Below are positions 27,101 to 39,100 of a stretch of DNA of 64,000 bases, piece after piece; the first letter of the stretch is position 1, and the number at the start of each line of letters is the position of its first letter. The position numbers were made by a program, and so were the translations under genes. The stretch is taken from contig JAQGDQ010000173.1 in assembly GCA_030141605.1 (NCBI GenBank), positions 124,001 through 188,000 of the forward strand, in the 5' to 3' direction. This DNA is from Tubiluchus corallicola. Its lineage: Eukaryota > Animalia > Priapulida. The notes under the pieces were generated by a model that did no database searches, was not told where the DNA came from, and was given only the letters and a program-made list of their open reading frames with translations.

Positions 27101-29961
27101 TAAACAAACTAAACTGGAGCACAAACACTGCATCTAAACCAACTGTCTCAGGGATGAGAATGATAAATTGCAAAAAACTCTGAAACAGGCCGGGGGTTTT
27201 GGGGCCGCCTAGGCCCCCAATGGGGTTGAGGGGCAAAGTCCCCATGGGGGTTCAAGGGGGCAAAGGCCCCTTGGAGCCAGCAACAAATTGCAATTTTGTG
27301 ACTGTAGAGAACCTCTAAATGGACTTAAAATATCAGTTACCTTGTTTCATGCATAATTTAAAATACCCAACTATCAAGGATACATGATACCTAATTGTCT
27401 CAAAAACGCCTAAGTACTGGCCGCTCCTATGCAAAATTATATAAAAACTGTCTGCAATTGACTCAAATAACTCCGCACAATTGATTCTATATTTTTATAC
27501 ATAGAGATATACACGTGGTTACACTGATGTACGTGATGTAAACAAAGTGACGGCCTGCCACCTAGCGGTCAGCTTGTAAAATAATGTACTGGGTCCGTAA
27601 AAATTTTCTCAACGAGTTTACAAAAATGGCACTACTGGTCTTCCAAAAACTCAGAATTCTGCGTATCCGCGGAAAATTCTCATCCCTGCTGTCCTTAGCA
27701 CTTACCATACCAAGGTGAATCCAGCCACATAGCGTTTGTTACGTGCGTTTTACCCTTTTCTCCGTAAGCTTCTTGCAGAATCTTCTGGTACTTATCTTTC
27801 TCCGCCTAAAATAAAACACTTTGTGAATAAAGTCATAAACCATCGCAAAATGCTTGAATTTTTTTACCCTTACAAAGAAAAAGTGCATCTTAAGTAGTAA
27901 GAAATTCAATATTACAATACCTGTTAATTTGCAACCTTAGGTATAAAATTCTTTTGTTTTGGTAACTTAGAAGCCTACTATTTTAGTCACTGTAAGGTTT
28001 TTAAAAGTATCTAAAAATGTGCATGAAAAATTGCTAATAACTACTAAAATACTATTACTTAGAGACTACGGCCAAATCACGTTGAAAACACCGGTTCTCG
28101 TTTGATCACTGAGGTTAAGCAACATAGAGCCTGGTTACTACTTGGATGGGTGACCGCCTAGGAATACCAAGTGCTGTAGGCTTGCGGGATGCCCACACTG
28201 TATCTCGACACTAGGAGGAGGAGCTGCACAAGCAGCCAACGGCTAGAGAGCGGAGGAGATCAAGTGACCCAAAGGCCATGTGTAGAGGAGTAAACCTTCC
28301 AAATCAGGAGTGGAGCCCCGAAGGCGGACCAGTGCACCATGCTCACTGACTCCGGCAGCTCCTGCAGCCAACCTGGTGCCAAACGTATCGCTCCGCTTTC
28401 CTTTGGACTACACCAGGGAGGAAGAGAGGGGGTTCCTGTTGTCTGGGCAACTCAGGATCTCCATACACCTTACCCAGGCATGCGCCCTGGAGACGTTCAA
28501 GGATCGGACTGCTCAGCCACAGTCGACGCTGCAGCTCCATCAATGTGATCAATAACTGACTCTCTTGGCACATACTCCATTGCCTTCCGAGACAGAAGGA
28601 CGCCAACCAACCAACTACTAATTACTACCTAGTTCTTCCAGTATATACTACTCAACAATTTGACACTGCTTAAAGAGAATATCCTGCTCTGCACTGTACT
28701 TGGCTTATTTCTAAAAGCTGAAAACGAAATCTTTTTACAGAAAAATAGTGCAGTTATAGTTGTTTGTTTTTAACAGGAAATGAAAAAGCTATTTTTCTAT
28801 TTAAAATTCTTATTTTCCTAGTTATTATTATATGAATGCCTATAAATTTAAAACACAAAATATGCCTATTAAACAACAATAAATTGAAAATAAACAATAA
28901 CTTTAGGCCTTGAAAACAAAATGCATTCTATTTTGGCAATAATTACTTATGCAAAAACCACGAACTACTATATATTATGTACAGTACAAAATATATTTGT
29001 GAAATATGGTTGGCATCCTTCTGTCTTGGAAGACAATGGAGTGTGTGCCAAGAGAGTCAGTTATTGATCACATTGATGGAGCTGCAGCGTCGACTGTGGC
29101 TGAGCAGTCCAATCCCTGAACGTCTCCAGGGCGCACGCCTGGGCAAGGTGTAGGGAGATCCTGAGTTGCCCAGATAACAGGAACCCCCTCTTTTCCTTGT
29201 TGGTGTAGTCCACAGGAAAGTGGAGCGATACGTTTGGCACCAGGTTGGCTGCAGGAGCTGCCGGAGTCAGTGAGCATGCTGAACTGGTCCGCCTTCGGGG
29301 CTCCACTCCTGGACCTCCTCATCCCTCTAGCCGTTGGCTGCTTGTGCAGCTCCTCCGCCTAGTGTCGAGATACAGTGTGGGCATCCCGCAAGCCTACAAC
29401 ACCTGGCATTCCTAGGCGGTCACCCATCCAAGTACTAAGCAGGCTCTACGTTGCTTAACTTCGGTGATCAGACCAGAACTGGTGTTTTCAACGTGATTTG
29501 GCCGTAGTCATTTGTGAAATATGTAACTCTTAAAAGTAACATTTACAAAAATGGTGGTTAGATCGATATTAGAAAAAATCCACTGCATTCAGTACCTCAA
29601 TCTCGTTTTCCGTAACACTGCCTTCTTTCATTAATTGTTGACTATATTTCTCAAGAACTGTAGGTATTCCCTCTATTCTCTTGTACATCAGTGGCTGCGT
29701 AAATTTTGGTTCGTCTACTTCGTTGTGCCCATAGCGCCTGTAGGATACCTGCAAAATGTTTAATAAATGGAAAACAAAAATGACAGTCTAACCTTCTAAA
29801 CAATCATGCTAACCAATATAATTTTTGCAAATTTTTTCCCTTCCAAATTAGGCTCAAAAAAATTGTTAAGAAAGTGTCATTGTTGTACAACTATTTAGAA
29901 ATGTAACAAGTATATTTATACATCTTATATAGCTTAATACTTCACAGTTCATATGTTATAC

Positions 29962-30004
<43 letters not shown>

Positions 30005-30005
30005 T

Positions 30006-30097
<92 letters not shown>

Positions 30098-33000
30098 TCG
30101 ATCACCTTTTTTACAAGAAAAACACAGAGCATGAAACGATAATATGATACAAAGTGACAAGATTATTAAATGAATAAATTATCTGAGTTAATGATGATCA
30201 AGTGATTGGTGAAAGGGTGGCGAAAAACTAAAAGTTACCAAAGTCAACCACCCTGTAAGTAATGTTACTATTAGTAATTAATTATATGTGCAATTATCTT
30301 GATGAAGATTTCAGGATAAAGTGTGATAAATGGAGCATAAAGTTTACATATGGAGCCTAACCAAGTTGCTTAAGTAAGTAAAGGAATGGTGAGTGAACCA
30401 AGATAAAACTATTGAGATTTAGGTTTAAATTTGAACATACATATCAAGGACATAAAGACATAATAAATACATATAATATATAAACATATACATATAAATA
30501 CATATATTTATATATATATAGTATACAATAGATATACAGTTTAAACTCAAATGTAATTGAATGACTCAAAGTTTGAAAAATTTAAATAAAAACATGCTAT
30601 AAAAACAGGGATGAGAATGACAAATTGCAAAAAATTCTGTAACAGGCCAGGGGTTTTGGGACCACCTAGGCTCCCAATGGGGTTGAAATTGCAATTTTGT
30701 GACCATAGAGAGCCTCTAAGTGGACTTAAAGTATCAATTACCTTGTTTCATGCATAATTTACAATACCCAACTATCAAGGATACATGATACCTAATTGTC
30801 TCAAAAACGCCTAAGTACTGACCTCTCCTATGCAAAAGTATATAAAAACTGTCTGCAATTGACTCAAATAACTCCGCACAATTGATTCTATATTTTTATA
30901 CATAGAGATATACATGTGGTTACACTGATGTACATGATGTAAACAAAGTGACAGCCTGCCAACTAGCGGTCAGCTTGTGAAATAATGTACTGGGTCCGTA
31001 AAAACTTTCTCAACGAATTTACAAAAATGGCACTACTGGTCTTCCAAAAACTCGGAATTCCACGTATTCGCTTAAAATTCTCATCCCTGTAAAAATGTAA
31101 ATCAAAATAAGAAATTTATTAAATATAATAAAAAAGATAGCACAAATGTACCAGATCTATAACCACGTCCCTGCCAAATGTTTGTCTCCACTCAGCAGCT
31201 ACTTTACAAACGTACATCACTGCTTCCGGATCATCAGCATTAACGTGAAATATGGGAGCGTTGACAACTCTTGCTACGTCCGTGCAGTATGGAGACGAAC
31301 GGGAGTGACGGGGGTCAGTGGTGAAACCAACCTACAAAACAGAAACGGTCAGTGAGTAGGACTAATAGGACCCATATGAAAACCACATAAATAATTATGA
31401 AAAAATCATGCCTCTACAGAACATAAAAGTTACAGGAATAATTTAGCTATAATGTTAGAATTATGCTTCGATTAAATTAGTCCAGAATGCGAAGCACTAG
31501 GTTAATTGCACATAAGCAAAGTGCCTGTATGTACGCACAAATGAATGCACGCACTTACACAAGTTTACTTTAGTTGCATGTAAAACACGTATTAACTAGA
31601 TGAATATTAGGTGAACATTATAAGGTTATAGCAAAAAAAAATGTATCAGCTTAGTAAATATTAGTTGAAAATTTTGTAAGGTTATGGAATGAAACTGTAA
31701 TAACTAGGTGAATAGTGAATAAACATTTGCAAGGCTGTAGCAAAAAATAAAAATATGGTACTTACACTATATAAAAGTTAACAAACCAATCTTCATTATT
31801 TATATTTACGTACAGGACTGAACTAGTTAGCTGTTGGGTTACCATAATGAACAAGACCGATACCTGATTGTTTACTACGATGTGAACAGTTCCGTTTGTA
31901 GAATAAGAAGGTAGATCAGATAAGTGAAATGTTTCGTAAACAATTCCCTGTCCACTAAATGCAGCATCGCCATGTAGCAGTATACTCATCACCTGTAACA
32001 AATGATTTTATCACATTTTGTGCTACTTTGTTAAGCATTTGTCTTATTAACTAGAAAGCAAGGGGTTGATTATTATTAAACTGACTTGCAAGAAAAAACA
32101 TAACTGTACAGAAAAAACAGTTTACCGGCTGAACAAAAGTAACAAACTGGAAAAGCACTACCCCATATTGACTACATGTTTTTCCACGTAGTTTTCTCGG
32201 TATGTTTCTTAAAATGCGCCGCACAAGCACAACATCAAACTCCAGTGCATTAATCCTTTCATACCTGTTGTATCCCGTGGGATACGAGAATATTTTCTGC
32301 CTTTAAAATTAATAAAATTTTAAAACTGAAGTTATTTGATCTGTTAATAGTTATTTTGATTTAAGCCAATAACAATAGACTAAAAATGGTGATAAAATGG
32401 CAAACTAGAAAATCTACATAGCATAAAAAACTGCGCAAGGTACAGTAGTTTAGAGACGACTTTGTACAGATCAGCATAGCATGCATACTAAATGTCTTAA
32501 ATACTTTAAAAATTATCAGCAGTTGCAAAATGAAGCACATTTTATGCTTCCATTGAATCCCAATGTATCCCGTGGGATACAGGCTATATTTAGCACGGTA
32601 GAAAAAAATTATTATGTGTAAACAAGATGGACATACTGAACAAAAGTACCAAGCTAAATTTTTTTTCTTATTAAAAAAATAATTTGGGACTGAAAGGGTT
32701 AAGAAAGCCATAGGAACTGTTTTATAGGTCAAGCTAGAACTGATAAAAAACTTCAAAAGGACTATAGAAATTCAAAAACCAGTTTTTTCAAACAAACTAT
32801 GAATTAAATTACTTGTTTTCCTTCTTTGTCTCCACGATAGAATTGTTCGGCATAGGTTTTACCCTGTACGACCGGATTCACAGCTTCCAAATGAGACGGA
32901 TTGGCTACGATTGCCATGTGAATGTTTTTGTTAGTTGCATGATTGAGCTGGACGGTTGAGCAACCAAGATGATACTTGACATCTCCAGAACCCTGTGAAA

Positions 33001-36000
33001 ACACAACGCGTGTCAAAAGTTAAGACGAATGTAACAGATAAGATAGTACTCGATACTATTGAAACACTAAATATAATGTTTTACATCGAAAATTATGGAT
33101 TAAATAAAAATGTCGAGTTTCTACTTTATAACAAAAGAATTTAGTGCATAAACGCACAATGACGGCCCAAGATATACCACACCCACCGTACTAACCACAC
33201 CACAATACAACATCCATATTATACTACCCATGCACCACAACACAACACACCACACCATACCATACACTCACACCACACCACATCCACCACACATGATCGA
33301 TTACACTACCCACACCATACCATACCATGCCACACCATACATAACACCACACCTTGAAATTGTAGCCGAGCATCTATATATGTATTGTTTATGAAAACCA
33401 ATGTAAAAATTGGTCCTAGAAATGCGATAATCATAGAGGCTATGCTAGATGCGAGCACATGTCTTTAGGTTGTACTGAAGCATATCGCTAAACAGCGGAT
33501 ATCAGCTAGTGGCACCTGGCATTTGTTATATGTAGTTTATACTAGAGAGAAAAGAATTATGTAATAAATGTGAAAAAGGAAAAGTAAGATAGGTCAGTAA
33601 GAACAGGATAGCATTAAAAACAGTTTGGAGAAACAAGGTCATGGGAGTAGGTTTACATATTATAGTTTTAGTTTTTTGAGAGGTGATTATATTCTCATTT
33701 TTGCTGGAGTGTAATTATAATCATAAAATAGTTTGTATTAATGGAGAGAAATTTTGTATACGTATAGTTATAATGTTTTGCAAGGAATACGTTATGAAAG
33801 GAGTAAGGAAGACAAAAACAAATACAAATACAGGTTTTTGGAGTCATCAGGAGGAACTTGAGAGTCGAGTTACTCCTCTAAATATATAAATCCATACAAG
33901 CATGTGCCAGCAGAATTAAGATATGTTAGACATACTGGGTTGCCGGCAATAATAACATTAGAACTTAAACTGCGAGCCTTTTTAGGGATTATAATTTACC
34001 AACGAAGCCACTACTTACTTCATCAGAAGAATGAATCATTTCAAATTGGGAGAATATATGCTCCAATGGTTTCCGGGCAATGTTAGCAAGGACGTTAAGG
34101 CGGCCCCTATGCGGCATTCCCATGATGAAGCTTTCCACGCCAAGCTTGGCACAAGTATCGATCACTGTCTTCATAGCCGGGATGAGTATTTCACATCCCT
34201 CAACACCAAAACGTTTCTCGGACGTCCACGTCGTCTTCATAAACTCCTCGAATCTAAAAAAAAGTCATCGAGTGGACAATGTCCAGTATTGGTTAAGTAC
34301 AGTTTATGCATCATGGCGGCTTAAAGGCTGCAGTTGGGAAGCTGCCCTGACAATAAAAACTTTGCATACAAGACAGCTGTGAAGTGAAAGGCAAGTTTAC
34401 TTACTTATAAAAATTAAGATTTGACAAGTTCTTGGTAAATTTAACAAAAATCTCCAGTTAGTGTGAAAATTTGGCAACTAATTCTGTTCTGTATTTCACA
34501 TAAAATCTAAATGCAATTTTTAGTTTAATCAAGATTGACCTTAATTTGTTGCCCGCTAATTAAACTAGTATAGCTGTATAACTAAACCTGTATAACTAAA
34601 TGTTTGTCTTATCAGTATATTGAGAATTATATTATTTAGTATTGTTGTCCAAGTCAGTAGATTTGTTCTTAATCAATAAGCCTAGAAATAATGAAGTTGA
34701 ACTCAAATCAAAATGTACTTAACTCCTGTTGTTGATTAATTGCATTATTAACCCAAAGTGTTTTTATCATTTCATAACAATTTTGACCTGTATTTCACGT
34801 AAAATCTAAATGCTATTTTTAGTTTAATCAAGATTGACCTTATTTTGTTGCCCGCTAATTAAACTACATGTATATTATTTTCTCTGGATTACATAGCAAA
34901 TGTCATAATTTTAAAAATTACTAATGTTTCCTAAATTAAACTGATAACATTAATGCCCACCAGTGTCTAAAAAATCTTTTTATCTATATTCAGTAAAGGA
35001 TAGCAGACTAGGTGACTTTATAGTCTTTTTGCTATCCTTTCTCTAGTTCTAGATCTATCTATACATTTTAACAATTCTTCAAAACTTATTAGAGATTCTT
35101 TTATTAATCATGTTTTATTGTAGCATTATAAAGAGATAAATAAATTGAATTGAATTGTTCTATTAATGCAAAAGTGCATTATTGTACTATATACACAATG
35201 TGATAAAAGCTAATGATCTTGTGTATAATGGATTTGTTGAATTGCAACACATCTACTGAACTGGTATTGCTGCTAGTTCTCACAGTGATGAAAAATGAAA
35301 GATATTTTTCTCAGCATCACAATGCAATTAACCCTTTCAGTCCCAAATTATTTTTTTAATAAGAAAAAATTTTTTGGCTTGTTACTTTTGTTCAGTATGT
35401 CCGTCTTATTTACACATAATTATTATTTTTTTTCTACCTGTGCCCACGTGTTAAATATAGCCTGTATCCCACGGGATACATTGGGATTCAATGGAAGCAT
35501 AAAATGTGCTTCATTTTGCAACTGCTGATAATTTTTCAAGTATTTAAGACATTTAGTATGCATGCTATGCTGATCTGTACAAAGTCGTCTCTAAAGTACT
35601 GTACCTTACACAGTTTTTTGTGCTATGTAGATTTTCTAGTTTGCCATTTTATCACTAATTTTAGTCTATTGTTATTGGCTTAGATCAAAATAACTATTAA
35701 CAGATCAAATAACTCTCAGTTTTAAAATTTTATTAATTTTAAAGGCAGAGAATATTCTCGTATCCCATGGGATACAACGGGTATGAAAGGGTTAATTTCC
35801 TAACCAACTGATATTCTAAAATGAAACTTAACTACAAAATGAAAATTTCAATTACAAGAAATGTATGCAAACAAACATTGTTTACTTACTTGGTAGCTCT
35901 GACAATACGTGCTAGAAGTATCTTCTTATCTTGTATAGACATTTGCATGATACCAGGGGTTTCGAATTTCCTCCGTATCCAATCGCACTGTTCAAAACTA

Positions 36001-36107
36001 TTGATAAACATGAATTCCACTCCGATGTGTTGACAGTACGTTCGCTAAAATACAGACATGGTACAATTATAAGTTTAATGATCGTATATATTAATTCTAC
36101 TGGTATG

Positions 36108-36180
<73 letters not shown>

Positions 36181-39100
36181 TATATAACATACCAGTAGAA
36201 TATATATATAAGATTCGAGGCTACAGCTCGGACGACGGCACCATTTGCGGCGATCTATATATCAAACAAAAAGTCTCGATCTAGTGCCATGCAATTGGGG
36301 GTTTATTTTTCGAATCGGGTCCACCGCGAAGAACGGGTGGTGAAAAACCTCCAAAAATGGCCATTTTCGGCCGTTTTTTGCAAAACTGAAGAACAGGAAT
36401 GGGCCGGGGGCGGTGATGGCTATGGATAGATAGCCCGTTCAGCTGTGGGTGTCATAGGCATATTTAGAATTTGCGAGAGGGTCACAGCGTCCCGTAACAG
36501 CGTTTTCCTGGACCCAACTCGCGATTTTTTTGATATTTTGGCCAAACAGCATGCGGAAAAACGATCTAGCGGCGCCTGGTGGGACTTTCGGAAGGACATA
36601 TATGGCTCTTTAGAAAGAGGAAGAAGAGGGCTACATGATGATGTGAATATATGATGTGAATATACATGATATTAGGGCAGGTCCACCAAGAGGAGGGCCG
36701 ACGAGTTAATTAGATGTTCCATTTTCAGCAATTTCCGCTTAGAAAACTGCTGATGCAAAGCCATTGTTCTGACGTCATCCATTATACTCTGCTTATAACT
36801 TTAATTCAGTAAAAGCTGCTACTGGGTTTGCGTTGTAAATGAGGACTGTGTAGGATGTTCGCGTATTATTGATTATAAGTGTATTTATAAGCAAATTTTT
36901 TTTGCAGGGCCTTTGCTAGTTATAATATATTTTTTCAGCTGATTTTTTTTTAATAATTTTTTAATGTTGCTTTTACCCTTTCTCCCATGTTCGTTTGTAT
37001 TTTCGTGTATTTTATTGTCAAATTATTGTAAATTTATGGAGAAAAATAAAAAATTACTTACTTACCTCTAATCTGCGGATGATTTCTCGTAGAGGCAAGA
37101 CTGTTTCGCTTCCACCAATATAACAAGAAGATGGTAGCTTGAATTGCTTGTCTAAGTCCGGCTCCTCTGTAACACGCATGAACATACTGAACATGCAGGT
37201 TGAACTTATTCTCATTCAGCCAAGTGGAATAATAATGTTATGAAGTTGCAGGTAAACACTTCAGTATATGAATAAAATGCAGTTGAACAGTTGAAGATTA
37301 ATTGAAATTCACATTTATCAAAAAAAATAATAATAATGTGATAATAGTTATTTTGTTTTTCAATTAGTTGTGTTTTACACAAACTAAATAAAAGAAGCAA
37401 AGCCAGGTTGCTTCGAACCAATATTAAATTGCATAAACTAGAATAAGTCAATTAAAACAACTTTAATCTAAGCCAGGGGTGTGCAAATTATCTGACTAGC
37501 CGGGCCACATTAAACTTTCCCGCAATTCCTGCGGGCCACTGGCAGTTTGATCAAGGAGCCAAGTGCAGAAAGGCCTAATAACGATTTTTTTGCATCCCAC
37601 CTGCGTACATCATTACTACTACACTCAAGATACTATTTTAGAAGTTATTAAAATTTATATTACAAACCATATATCTACTTTCAGGACAGATAGTGGTAAT
37701 TTCATTACAATGCATATTAGTAAAGAGTGTATCACACAGTCTGTGTAGTACAGTGACATTAAGCTACAACCATCTTGTAAGGGTTAATGGCATCCGATCT
37801 AGTAGAAAAAACTACACGCACTATCTTTGGGATCGTGGCACGGACTTCAGCTGGATACACTCAATTAATCACCGGGGCCGCACTTTCATTGACAAATCTC
37901 TTCGCGGGCCGCACAAATTCTCTTGGCGGGCCGCAATTTGGACACCCTGCACTAAGCAGTGAGACAATGTTGTCACCCAAAAGTCACAAAGCTATATAAG
38001 CTTGCAGCAATATCAAACATTGCTAACTGTTAACTCTTTTATACAGCAGATAGAGCTACAGTCAACCCTCGTTAAACCGGACTAATTGGGGGGTGGGGGT
38101 GGGTGGTCTGGTTTAGCCGATTGTCCGATTTATCCGATATGCCTATATATGGTCTATATTACACAGGAATAATCACCTTAATAAGGCCTATATACATTGC
38201 ACTATATACTATACTGTATATTACTTTAAAATAGTTAACCTGTGAGGATAAAGAAATTATTGTACAGTTTAAATAAAAAATGGCTTCGGCCCGTCAATAG
38301 CTCGTGGTGAGTTGGTAGGCCGTGTTGTGTTTAGCGCTCCGGCTCGGACGGAAATCGGTCAGTTTCCTTTACCACGGATGACGTCCGTCTTATCCGATAT
38401 CCGGGCTAACGGGGTACGGTTTAACGAGGGTCGACTGTATTTGCTTTAAACATAACACTTAAAGCTTTATCAAAAAGCAATTAGTCACTTAAAGATAACA
38501 GTTATTGCGGAGTTACTGCAGAAAGTCAACAAATATTCAACTTTCTAAGTGTAAATTTAAAGCAAATTACGAGAAATAACCATCATACAAAGAGAACTAA
38601 ATCTATTTCAACATTACTACAGATACAATATAGGTTTCCATGTAACTCAAATTATAAATTTCAATCCAAAAAATCAAAACAAAAAAAGCTGGACTCACTC
38701 CACGTTTTCATCATGAATTCCAATTCTCGTGGCAATTCCTCAATAAAATGCGCACTGGTGATACCCAGGGGATCGAGATTAGCTAAATCGTGACCCCGCA
38801 CCTACGACAACCGAAATGAACAATACGACTACCACATTCAACAAAAACTAACTTTCCAAAATCCTTTCTTTTTTTTCTTCGGGAGGTTTCTCCCCTCTCG
38901 TAGTTCATCAGCTGCTCAGAAAGATGCAATTTCAAAAATTACAGGTAAAATCACATAGAACAGTTTGTGGTGTAGCTCTAGTCACCTGTTTGTGAATGTA
39001 CACCACAAGTAGTTATTTACACTAAATGTTTATAAAGTCAATATGCACACATTTGGATATCTGTCAAGATCTTAACTATATGTCATGGATGTCAGGTATG

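Noticed and set aside
29963-30095. (GTAA)n as an array of splice donors
   Set aside because: GTAAGT reads on the plus strand, antisense to OGDH; it is a retroelement tail.
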